DNA from: Deltaproteobacteria bacterium
GTDB lineage: Bacteria; UBA10199; SBBF01
DNA: 64,000 bases
Direction: 5' to 3'
Assembly (NCBI GenBank): GCA_016183175.1
Contig: JACPFC010000026.1
Span: 41,907-105,906, forward strand
Shown here: piece by piece, positions 39,447-48,106 of the stretch
Numbering within the stretch: the first letter of the stretch is position 1
Layout of the letters: each line of letters starts with the position of its first letter
Notes under the pieces: generated by a model
Seen by the model: only the letters and a program-made list of their open reading frames with translations
Database searches by the model: none
Told to the model about the DNA's origin: nothing
Program-made: the position numbers and the translations under genes

Positions 39447-39536
39447 TTGTGCCCGCGGGCCCGCGTTCCCGTGTAAACACGGGCACCCAGGCACCCGGGC
39501 ACACAGGCACACAGGCACTTAAGACACCCAGGCACG

Positions 39537-40778
39537 ATGAACCGTCAGTCTTTAAAACAATTCGACCCCGAAATTTACGACGCGATCCAAAAAGAAATCG
39601 ACCGGCAGTCGTCCACGCTTGAGATGATCGCCTCGGAAAATTTTGTATCCCCGGCGGTGCTGGAGGCGCTTGGTTCCGTCATGACCAACAAGTATGCCGA
39701 GGGGTATCCGCACAAGCGCTACTACGGCGGATGTGAATTTGTCGACCAGGCCGAGGATCTGGCGATCGAACGGGCCAAAAAACTCTTCGGCGCCGACCAT
39801 GCCAATGTCCAGCCGCACAGCGGCTCGCAGGCCAACATGGCGGTCTATCTGGCGGCATGCAAACCGGGAGACACGGTGATGGGGCAGAACCTGTCCGAGG
39901 GGGGGCATTTGACCCACGGCTCGCCGGTTAATTTTTCCGGTCAACTGTTCAAGGTCGTTTCCTACGGCCTGCATCCCGATACGGGGCGCCTCGACTACGA
40001 CCGGATTCGCGATTTGGCCAGGGAGCACCGCCCCAAGCTTATTGTCTGCGGCGCCTCCGCCTACCCGCGCCAAATCGATTTCAAAATCTTTCGCGAAGTA
40101 GCCGACGAGGTGGGGGCCCAGGTGATGGCGGATATCGCCCATCCGGCCGGTCTTGTGGCGGCCGGTCTCCATCCCAACCCTATCCCCCATTGCGAATATG
40201 TCACCACCACGACGCACAAAACTCTCCGCGGTCCCAGAGGGGGGATGATCCTCTGCCGCGAGGCGGCGGCCAAAGAGGTGAACAGGAAAATTTTTCCCGG
40301 CATTCAGGGGGGGCCGCTCATGCATGTCATCGCCGCCAAGGCGGTGGCCTTTAAGGAGGCGCTGGAGCCTTCGTTCAAAGAATATTGCGGACAGATCATC
40401 AAAAATGCGCAAGCCCTCGCCAAAATATTTCTCGATTCCGGCTACAACCTCGTTTCGGGGGGGACCGACAATCATCTCATCCTTGTCGATCTGAAGAAGA
40501 GGACCATTTCCGGAAAAGACGCGGAAGAGGCGCTGGGGAAGGCGGGCATCACCGTCAACAAGAACACCGTCCCCTTTGATCCCCGTTCCCCCTTTGTCAC
40601 CAGCGGCATTCGTGTCGGCACACCGGCCTTGACCACCCGCGGCATGAAGGAGGCCGAGATGAAACAGATCGGCGCCTGGATGGTCGAGGTTTTAAACGAT
40701 ATTGCCGACGGGAAAAAACTCGCTGAGGTGCATAAAAACGTCGAAGAATTGTGCAAGAGGTTCCCGTTGTACCGATGA
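39537..40778 (+). CDS. glyA: Serine hydroxymethyltransferase
   Basis: 413 aa. ...[31 protein letters not shown]...[14 protein letters not shown] (PLP lysine). Confidence 0.95.
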   Translation: MNRQSLKQFDPEIYDAIQKEIDRQSSTLEMIASENFVSPAVLEALGSVMTNKYAEGYPHKRYYGGCEFVDQAEDLAIERAKKLFGADHANVQPHSGSQANMAVYLAACKPGDTVMGQNLSEGGHLTHGSPVNFSGQLFKVVSYGLHPDTGRLDYDRIRDLAREHRPKLIVCGASAYPRQIDFKIFREVADEVGAQVMADIAHPAGLVAAGLHPNPIPHCEYVTTTTHKTLRGPRGGMILCREAAAKEVNRKIFPGIQGGPLMHVIAAKAVAFKEALEPSFKEYCGQIIKNAQALAKIFLDSGYNLVSGGTDNHLILVDLKKRTISGKDAEEALGKAGITVNKNTVPFDPRSPFVTSGIRVGTPALTTRGMKEAEMKQIGAWMVEVLNDIADGKKLAEVHKNVEELCKRFPLYR

Positions 40779-40891
40779 TAATTAAGCGAACAATCCGGCT
40801 TTGCCGGTTGTGAGCGCGGGGGCATTGTGAGGCCGAGCCGTAACAGTAATGCGAGTAGCCACCATCGAGGCCGAACAGGGCCCCCATTATA

Positions 40892-41350
40892 ATGAAATGC
40901 CCCTTTTGCAACCACCCCGAAAGCAAGGTCATCGATTCCCGTGAATCGGGGGAGGGGGACATTATCCGCCGGCGGCGCGAATGCGAGGCCTGCCAGAGGC
41001 GCTATACAACCTACGAACGAATCGAAGAGATTCTGCCGCTGATCGTCAAAAAAGACGGCCGGCGCGAGCCGTACGACCGCCTGAAAATCGTGAACGGCCT
41101 TAAAAAGGCGTGCGAAAAAAGGCCGGTTCCGGCGGAGGTGATCGAGGGGATCGCCGACGAGATCGAACAGGCCCTCCAGGAAAACGGCGAAAAGGAGGTT
41201 TCCTCCCGTTTTATCGGCCAGAGGATCATGTCGTCCCTGCAAAAAATCGACCCCGTGGCCTATGTCCGTTTTGCCTCCGTCTACCGTTCGTTCAAGGATG
41301 TGAATGAATTCATGGAGGAGTTGAAGGGGATTGTGGAGGGAAAAAAGTAA
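40892..41350 (+). CDS. nrdR: Transcriptional repressor NrdR
   Basis: [18 protein letters not shown]...RRRECEAC zinc ribbon plus ATP-cone. Confidence 0.9.
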   Translation: MKCPFCNHPESKVIDSRESGEGDIIRRRRECEACQRRYTTYERIEEILPLIVKKDGRREPYDRLKIVNGLKKACEKRPVPAEVIEGIADEIEQALQENGEKEVSSRFIGQRIMSSLQKIDPVAYVRFASVYRSFKDVNEFMEELKGIVEGKK

Positions 41351-41467
41351 AATGACAAAGTTCAAATGTCAAAGGAAACTCCAAAAAAACAATGTCAAAA
41401 AAAACCTTTGTTGTTTGCTTTTTTGGCATTCCTTTGGAATTTGAACTTTGAACTTTGACATTTTAAT

Positions 41468-42607
41468 ATGGTTAAGCGCGATGTTTATTTCATGTCCCGG
41501 TGCCTCCAGTTGGCCCAAAAGGCCGCTGGACACACATCCCCCAATCCTTTGGTCGGCGCTGTCATCGTCAAAAATGGCAAACTCCTCGCCGGAGGCTACC
41601 ACCACAAAGCGGGTCTGCCTCACGCCGAGATTGAAGCCCTGAAAAAAATCAGCTTTAGGGCGGAAGGCGCTACCCTCTATTGCAACCTCGAACCCTGTTT
41701 TCACCACGGCCGGACGCCGCCGTGCGTTCATCCGATTATTAAGAGCGGCATCAAACGGGTGGTGATCGCCCACCGCGACCCGAATCCGCTGGTTGCTGGA
41801 AGATCGGTCCGCCTCCTTAAAAAATCGGGGATTCAGGTCACCGAAGGGGTTTTGGAAAAAGAGGCGCGGCATTTGAACCGGTTTTTTCTGACTTGGGTGA
41901 CAAAGAAAAGGCCGTATGTGATTTTGAAGGCAGGGGTGAGCCTCGATGGAAAAATTGCAGGAGGGAAAAAATGGATCACCAGTCCCCCCTCCCGCCGCCG
42001 TGTCCATCAACTCCGTTCCCAAGTTGACGCTATTCTGGTCGGCGCACACACAATCAGAACCGACAACCCGCGTTTAAACGTTCGGGGAATCAAGGGAGCG
42101 AAACAGCCCTTAAGGATTATCTTAGGGAGTAGGCGTCAGATTCCTGTAAATGCAAGAATTTTTGCGGGGATCCAGCCATGTCCCCCTGAAAATCTGGATT
42201 CCCGCTTGCGCGGGAATGACAGATTGATGTTTTTTAGAGGTGCCCTACCGACCCTTATGCGAAAACTGGCCCGGCGAAACGTAACCTCGATTCTGGTAGA
42301 AGGGGGGGCCAAGGTTTTTGCCTCGTTTATCAAAAATAGCCTTTGCGACGAGCTCATCCTCTTTATCGCCCCGAAAATTTTGGGACCAAGTGCCCTTGAT
42401 GTCTTTCCGCCATCACTGCTGAAAAAATTTCCATTTAAGATTTCCTCAATAACCCCTTCCGGCCCAGACTTGGAGGTTCGGTTTGGGACAAAGAAAAAAG
42501 GGGCTATTGCCAAGGCCTGCCAAAATGCCAATAAGGATGCGAAAACCAATCGGTTGATCCGGGAGTGGCAGGGTTTTGACGAAAAAGCGGATGGTGAATG
42601 GAAATGA
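41468..42607 (+). CDS. ribD: Bifunctional riboflavin biosynthesis deaminase/reductase RibD
   Basis: CMP/dCMP deaminase zinc motif HAEIEAL...NLEPCFHHGRTPPC plus a C-terminal RibD reductase domain. The 3' end or an alternative start may differ slightly. Confidence 0.85.
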   Translation: MVKRDVYFMSRCLQLAQKAAGHTSPNPLVGAVIVKNGKLLAGGYHHKAGLPHAEIEALKKISFRAEGATLYCNLEPCFHHGRTPPCVHPIIKSGIKRVVIAHRDPNPLVAGRSVRLLKKSGIQVTEGVLEKEARHLNRFFLTWVTKKRPYVILKAGVSLDGKIAGGKKWITSPPSRRRVHQLRSQVDAILVGAHTIRTDNPRLNVRGIKGAKQPLRIILGSRRQIPVNARIFAGIQPCPPENLDSRLRGNDRLMFFRGALPTLMRKLARRNVTSILVEGGAKVFASFIKNSLCDELILFIAPKILGPSALDVFPPSLLKKFPFKISSITPSGPDLEVRFGTKKKGAIAKACQNANKDAKTNRLIREWQGFDEKADGEWK

Positions 42608-42773
42608 CCGGAAAATTTCCAAGACGGGGAGATATCCGGGGACATTGTCAGCTCGTAAGGTTTACTTTCCATAAAATTTATTAATTAAAAAACCGCGCAA
42701 CTTTTTCGGCGTTGCGCCGATAATCGGATTAAATCCCTGGCAGGTTGCCGTTTTTTGATTTAGGGCACAAACA

Positions 42774-45617
42774 ATGGCCGACTTATTTTCACCCCTTTCC
42801 TTTGCGGGCTCTGCCGTTTCCGCTCTTGCTACTTATGCCCGTGCAGAGGTCGCTGAATATCTCGACGAAAACCTCTCTCCGGCAAAACTTGCCGGCGAGG
42901 CGCTCCGTAACGGCAAAGAATATCTCGATCTCATCGGAGACGCCGCGCGTTTTCTTCCGGCGCCGTTTAGCCCCTCTCCCATCCTTGCCTCCACCTCAAC
43001 AGCGGGCGACGGCTCCGTCACAGGAGGGGGCGGTGTCGAGGAGGCAGGGCCGACTTCCGGCGTTACTGAAGCCCCTCCGGCAGACGTGGCAGACCCACCG
43101 GCCGCGGCGCCGGAAGATCCGGCGCTTACGGATGAGGTAATTGGCCAGCGCCTCCAACGTTACGGCCTCCAAAACAATGAGTTTAACCGAAGGGCCTACC
43201 GTCAGGCCTACAACATCGGCAAAAGGGATGTCCCGCTCGATCTGACCGACGCGCAGATAAAAAAAATGGGGCTGACCGATCTCCCCAAGACAGTGAAGGG
43301 TGTTCCCGTCTGGGACATCGACCATACCAATTTCTTCTGGCGGCAATCGATTCCCACCACGGCTCTGGACTATGTCATCGGACAAATTGACGGTTTCCTG
43401 GAAAGAATGCATTCCCCCCTTCGCTGGAAAGGCGAAGCCCCCATTGTTGTCAATAATCAGTGGGGGGCGGGGCGCCAGGCCATGTTGCTGGGCTTTGCCG
43501 ACGGTTCCGAAAAAGTCATTCCCGTTGACAGCCGCGGATTTCCTTGGCGGCTGGCCGATCTCTCCATGCAATCGCCCGCCTTTGCCAAAGCCCTTTTGGG
43601 GATCGAACCCGAAGAGATGAACCGGATGAAAATCGAACGGGGGCATGACGCCACCCGTGAGGAGCTGATTCGAAAAGTCCGGACGGCGCCCAATATTTTC
43701 ACGTATGAGAATCTGCCGGCCGTGGTCAAGGAGGCCTTCGACCAGTATACGCGCAATCCCGAAGAGATGACCCCGGCCGAGTGGCTTGTCGTCGCATTGG
43801 AAACCAGAAAACCGGGAAGTTCCAAGACCAAACCGTGGTATTATCACGTCGTTGGCGAAAGGGTGATGGTAGCGCTTCACTCTCTGGGAGTGGGCCATGT
43901 GGACGACCGGCGGGAAACAGCCAGAAACGTCACGACGCCCGCCGCGCGAAGCCGTATTGTCCTCCTCACAAACCCCGAAGAGGTGGGAGAATTTGCCTGG
44001 GGAGGGGCCGCTACGATTCAGGCCGACCTTGTCAGGGGGACCTCGACGCATCAGACTTCCCTCATCCTTCAGGCGGTGGAACGACTCACACTCCCGTTGA
44101 CGGGGGAAGATGCCTCCTCCGGGGAGACTGCACAGGATGCGTTGCGCACCGGGGAGCAGGTGATCCAGATCCCCCTTTCACGCGGTGCAGGGGAGAAAAG
44201 CGTCATTGTCCTGCGCGTGCCGAAACCGCTTCCGGAAGGATCCTACGACTCCTCGGCTGACACGGTAATCATGTATGTCCCGTCTGTTGATTTTAATAAA
44301 CAGTATTTCGGTTCGAAAAGTCAGGCCCGCGGAACCATGGTCCGGGCGCACCTGGATGGCGCTACCCCTCCCATGAGGTTGTCGACGGAATATATCCGTT
44401 ATCTCGCCTCCAAGGGGGGATTTTCCATGCTGGAGATGGGGGGTTCTCTTTATCTCGCAAAAAGCCTGGTTGGAGAGGAGATGGATTGGCGGGAGGTGGG
44501 GCCGGAGGTCGGCATTTTTTCGGCCTTTGGGTTAGTGGGGGGTGCGATGGGGGAGCTCCGTTTTTACCGGGGACCTTTCGCCAACATCCTGACCCCCTTT
44601 GCCGCCATGTCGGCGGTGCAGGTCTATTACCACCGCGAGGTGACGCCGGTGGCCAACGCCGGAGTGGCCGGCGGTTTTGCCTTGGCGCACTGGGGGGCCC
44701 ATCGCTTCATCACCCAGCCGTTCATTGTCCAGCCGCTGGGGGCCCGTGCCATCCGTGCCATGCAAGCCGGCGAAGCGGGCAAGGCGCGTCTGGTGCAGAT
44801 GGGCATGAGGGGAGCCGCCGGCGCGGTGAGCTTTGGCCTTTCCACCGTCCTTTTTACCGGTTTGGAGTGGTGGGCCCGCGACAGCAGGATTGAATATTAT
44901 GAAAATTTCCGCCAAAACATAACCGACCGTCTCCTGAACAGTTATGTTGATTACCGCAAAAAGGCCTCTGTTCTGGAGGCAAAGGCCGCACGGGGAGAGG
45001 CAATATCGTCGGGAGAATCTGGGGAAGTCGATCGCCTCTTTAGCGGCTTTGAAGAAAATTTGGGGGACTCCGCCAATACCCCCTATCTGGTTGCAGGCGA
45101 TTTTCCCGACATTGAAGGGAAACACTACATCGAATCGCAGATTCAATATGCAACGCTCGGCAGAGAACTGGAACAGGAGGGGGATGAATATGTCCGGACC
45201 ACCCTCTATGAAAAGGGGTTTTCGGTCGGCCAAACCGACCTGATCAAGGCGGAACTGGACAAATATTTTAAAGACTCTGGAAAATTGGAAGAATTAAACC
45301 GCGCCAAACAGACTGCCGAGCGGGCAACAAAGGTGCTGGAGGCAAGACGGATGCAGAAGGTGATCGTGGATCAGGAACATCTGGAAGAGGCGGGAAACGA
45401 AATTTTAGGCCGGCTTGAGGGGAAGGTTTCCCTCGAAGAGGTCAAGGCCGTTTTTGAAGGGCTTAAAGGATACGAGCTGGCCTATGTCTGCGCCATGCTC
45501 CTTGAAAAGGAGCGCGGGAGAAGGGGGGAGTTTTTGAAGAGCCTCCCGGAGCGACCGATAGGGCCGGAACTGCCTGCTCAAGAGGTCGAGCCGAAGAAAG
45601 GATTGGAAGGAGAGTAA
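42774..45617 (+). CDS. Large hypothetical protein (947 aa), first gene of the inserted island
   Basis: Long ORF with ATG start. Has a Gly/Ala-rich hydrophobic segment (GIFSAFGLVGGAMGELRFY...GLSTVLFTGLEWW) and a C-terminal coiled-coil-like region. No family recognised. Confidence 0.6.
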   Translation: MADLFSPLSFAGSAVSALATYARAEVAEYLDENLSPAKLAGEALRNGKEYLDLIGDAARFLPAPFSPSPILASTSTAGDGSVTGGGGVEEAGPTSGVTEAPPADVADPPAAAPEDPALTDEVIGQRLQRYGLQNNEFNRRAYRQAYNIGKRDVPLDLTDAQIKKMGLTDLPKTVKGVPVWDIDHTNFFWRQSIPTTALDYVIGQIDGFLERMHSPLRWKGEAPIVVNNQWGAGRQAMLLGFADGSEKVIPVDSRGFPWRLADLSMQSPAFAKALLGIEPEEMNRMKIERGHDATREELIRKVRTAPNIFTYENLPAVVKEAFDQYTRNPEEMTPAEWLVVALETRKPGSSKTKPWYYHVVGERVMVALHSLGVGHVDDRRETARNVTTPAARSRIVLLTNPEEVGEFAWGGAATIQADLVRGTSTHQTSLILQAVERLTLPLTGEDASSGETAQDALRTGEQVIQIPLSRGAGEKSVIVLRVPKPLPEGSYDSSADTVIMYVPSVDFNKQYFGSKSQARGTMVRAHLDGATPPMRLSTEYIRYLASKGGFSMLEMGGSLYLAKSLVGEEMDWREVGPEVGIFSAFGLVGGAMGELRFYRGPFANILTPFAAMSAVQVYYHREVTPVANAGVAGGFALAHWGAHRFITQPFIVQPLGARAIRAMQAGEAGKARLVQMGMRGAAGAVSFGLSTVLFTGLEWWARDSRIEYYENFRQNITDRLLNSYVDYRKKASVLEAKAARGEAISSGESGEVDRLFSGFEENLGDSANTPYLVAGDFPDIEGKHYIESQIQYATLGRELEQEGDEYVRTTLYEKGFSVGQTDLIKAELDKYFKDSGKLEELNRAKQTAERATKVLEARRMQKVIVDQEHLEEAGNEILGRLEGKVSLEEVKAVFEGLKGYELAYVCAMLLEKERGRRGEFLKSLPERPIGPELPAQEVEPKKGLEGE

Positions 45618-45619
45618 TT

Positions 45620-46411
45620 ATGGGAGACACACGACCCCCTGTTATTTATTTTGATCCCGTGGACAAGAATCTCTTTGAAGAATGCGGGGCCATTTTTCCA
45701 AGCGATCAGAAACCGGGGACGCTCAAACCGGATAATTTCGATGTCACGAATCTTCGTCCGGAACTGCGGAAGCTGTACGCGGGGGAAAATCCTTATTCTT
45801 TTTTTGTGCAGGAATTCCGAACGGGAGGGGGTCACGTCAGCCGGGAACGGATGGAGGAGCTGGCCCCAATCTGCCGCGATCCCGAGGCCTACCTCGATGG
45901 AAAGAAAGGGTTCCCATGCTACTGGTTAGAAGAAAAAACCGGTTTTCCGGGGTGGGTCTGCGAGGCAGGCGCTTGGACGGTGGGAGGGGCGGTGGTCGCC
46001 GAAGGGGTGCGAAGAGGGATCAAATATGTCCGCCAAAAGCCCGGTGGCGGGGATCCTCCCACGGAACCGCCGGCCGGTTCGGCTCCGGCGGGAGAACCGG
46101 CTCCTGCGGGTGCTCCTCAAGGAGATGGGCCAGCCGTGGTCCCTCCCGAGGCGCCGCCGGTTGAGGGGGATCAACAGGCCGAATGGTCGGTTCCTTCCAT
46201 CGACTGGGCGACCGCCGGCTACATCGCGCTCGGCACGGGGCTTGCTGTGGGGGCGGTGGTGCTTTTTTGCATCCCTTTTGACGGTCCATTTGGCGAGGGG
46301 GCGGCGGGGGCCGGATCGATCGCCAGCTTTACCGCCGCCGCGGCGCGGCTGGGACTTTTTTCCTCCCCGATGACGGCCCCTGTGTTGGCCTACGCCCGTA
46401 CCCTGCGATAA
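45620..46411 (+). CDS. Hypothetical protein (263 aa), Pro-rich linker plus C-terminal transmembrane helix; translationally coupled to the 947-aa gene
   Basis: GGAGG Shine-Dalgarno sequence and ATG 2 nt after the upstream stop. C-terminal AGYIALGTGLAVGAVVLFCIPF TM segment. Confidence 0.55.
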   Translation: MGDTRPPVIYFDPVDKNLFEECGAIFPSDQKPGTLKPDNFDVTNLRPELRKLYAGENPYSFFVQEFRTGGGHVSRERMEELAPICRDPEAYLDGKKGFPCYWLEEKTGFPGWVCEAGAWTVGGAVVAEGVRRGIKYVRQKPGGGDPPTEPPAGSAPAGEPAPAGAPQGDGPAVVPPEAPPVEGDQQAEWSVPSIDWATAGYIALGTGLAVGAVVLFCIPFDGPFGEGAAGAGSIASFTAAAARLGLFSSPMTAPVLAYARTLR

Positions 46412-46495
46412 TTTATCTCGCAATTCACCCTGCTCGCCGACGCCGTTTGATTAGGTTGACAATTTGGAATATATATTCTATTATTTGGAATAATT

Positions 46496-46726
46496 ATGAA
46501 AACAACCTTGATGATCGACAACTTTCTTTTCAAGGAGGCGCGGAAGGAGGCCGTTAAAACGGGGCGTTCCCTAAGCGAGACAATCAGCCTGTGGGCACGG
46601 GCCGGGCATGCGGCGATGTCCCGCGGGAAAAAAAGACCCCCCGTGTTAAAAACCGTCGACCTCGGAGGGCCGGCCGCCATCGACATCAACTCCCGCAGAA
46701 ACTGGATGGATGCGCTCGATTCATGA
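46496..46726 (+). CDS. Type II antitoxin (VapB-like)
   Basis: 76 aa, MKTTLMIDNFLFKEARKEAVKTGRSLSETISLWARAG. Its stop overlaps the vapC start (ATGA). Confidence 0.65.
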   Translation: MKTTLMIDNFLFKEARKEAVKTGRSLSETISLWARAGHAAMSRGKKRPPVLKTVDLGGPAAIDINSRRNWMDALDS

Positions 46727-47142
46727 TCGCCCTCGACACCAATGTCATCATTCATCTTCTGGTCCGCTCGCAGGCGGAGCATCCGCGGGCCAAGGCATGG
46801 TTTGGGCAAAATGACGAACCATTGGCCACCACGTCAACCAATGTGGGGGAGGTCTTGCGCCTTTTGTCGCATCCGCGGGTCTTTTTGGCCCCTTTAACGC
46901 TCGCAAAGGCCGTCGATCTTTTGAAAAGTTTCGTGGAAGACCGGGAGATTTCTGTTCTCGATGAGGCCGAGGCCTGGTGGTCCGATCTGGGCGAGCTTGC
47001 CCGGGAACTGCCGACGGTGGCCGGCAATGAGGTCTTCGATGCCCGCATTGCCCTCTGCCTCCGTCACCACGGGGTACGGCATATCTGCACCCTCGATGAC
47101 GATTTTTTAAAATATCCTTTTTTGAAACAGGTGAAGATTTAA
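46723..47142 (+). CDS. vapC: Type II toxin VapC (PIN domain)
   Basis: MIALDTNVIIHLL... PIN motif. The listed ORF 46591..47142 is the same frame with an upstream read-through start. Confidence 0.75.
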   Translation: MIALDTNVIIHLLVRSQAEHPRAKAWFGQNDEPLATTSTNVGEVLRLLSHPRVFLAPLTLAKAVDLLKSFVEDREISVLDEAEAWWSDLGELARELPTVAGNEVFDARIALCLRHHGVRHICTLDDDFLKYPFLKQVKI

Positions 47143-47331
47143 TCCGGCAGGAAAGCCCCACGATTGCTTTTACTACTCTCCCATTTTTTATTAAAAAAAC
47201 CACGCAACTTTTCTTGAAAAGACCGGGAGGTCACACAGTGTCTGCCGAAGGCAAGAGGGCTAGGCCCAGGCCTTTAGGCCGGGGAGATTCACTTGTGGGC
47301 GCCGAGGCCGTTTTACGGATTAAATAAATGT

Positions 47332-47360
47332 TTGACAAAAAATTATTTCGTAATACAATA
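47332..47360 (+). promoter_or_regulatory. Sigma-70-like promoter (TTGACA -16/17- TACAAT) for the AbrB-VapC module
   Basis: tttgacaaaaaattatttcgtaatacaataaag lies ~35 nt upstream of ATG 47398. Confidence 0.5.
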
Positions 47361-47397
47361 AAGTCAGCATAATAAATCTGTATTTCTTTTTTAAGTT

Positions 47398-47613
47398 ATG
47401 ACATACACTTCGGTTTCTCCCAAATTTCAGGTGGTCATCCCCAAGGCAATACGGCAAAGGGTTGCCATGCGCCCCAGACAAAAACTGATGGTCATGGAAA
47501 AGAGGGGGATTATCCACCTGATCCCCGAGACGCCCCTTGTCCAAATGAAGGGCCTGTTCAAGGGGCGGGGCCTGACCACGGCCAATCTGCGTGAAAAAAA
47601 GGATCGGCTATGA
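47398..47613 (+). CDS. Type II antitoxin, AbrB/MazE/SpoVT fold (VapB)
   Basis: 71 aa, KFQVVIPKAIRQRVAM. Its stop overlaps the vapC start. Confidence 0.7.
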   Translation: MTYTSVSPKFQVVIPKAIRQRVAMRPRQKLMVMEKRGIIHLIPETPLVQMKGLFKGRGLTTANLREKKDRL

Positions 47614-47978
47614 AGGTCGTGGTCGATTCTTCCGGATGGATCGAGTTTTTTGCCGGTCTCCCCAAGGCGGACAAGTTCGCCAAATACCTGCTCGGGTCTC
47701 ATTCTCTTTTTATTCCCGCCGTGGTCATTTACGAAGTCTACCGGAAAACGAAAAAAGAACTGGGCGAAGAGGAGGCAATCATGTGCATGGGCCAGATGCA
47801 AAAAGGAACCATTGTCCCCTTCGATTCGGATATGGCCCTTTATGCGGCCGATTTGTCCCTGCAACACGGATTGCCGATGGCCGACTCGCAGGTCTACGCC
47901 GCGGCCCTTTTCCATCAGGCCCAACTGGTGACCTCCGATAACGACTTCCGGGGCCTTCCGGGGGTGGTGTTGATCTGA
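47610..47978 (+). CDS. vapC: Type II toxin VapC (PIN domain)
   Basis: MKVVVDSSGWIEFFAG...VTSDNDF PIN signature. Confidence 0.75.
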   Translation: MKVVVDSSGWIEFFAGLPKADKFAKYLLGSHSLFIPAVVIYEVYRKTKKELGEEEAIMCMGQMQKGTIVPFDSDMALYAADLSLQHGLPMADSQVYAAALFHQAQLVTSDNDFRGLPGVVLI

Positions 47979-48106
47979 ACGCCTTTTTTACTATCCCCCC
48001 ATTTTTTTATTAAAAAAACCACGCAACTTTTCTTGAAAAAATCCGATAAGACGTGTAAGGAACCCGAAATTTTGGCCCAAAATTTTTCCGCCGGGAGACC
48101 GATTCC

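Noticed and set aside
40779-40891. Possible small RNA or tRNA in the glyA-nrdR intergenic region.
   Set aside because: No cloverleaf-compatible arms or conserved tRNA boxes (GTTC/TΨC) recognisable. Treated as ordinary promoter region.
42730-42760. Possible sigma-54 promoter (TGGCAGgttgcC) upstream of the 947-aa gene.
   Set aside because: GG-to-GC spacing is ~8 rather than the required 12, so it does not fit the -24/-12 geometry.
46591-47142. 183-aa ORF version of vapC with N-terminal extension overlapping the antitoxin.
   Set aside because: The conserved PIN N-terminus (MIALDTNVII) begins at the internal ATG 46723, which overlaps the antitoxin stop (ATGA). The extension reads the antitoxin in another frame.
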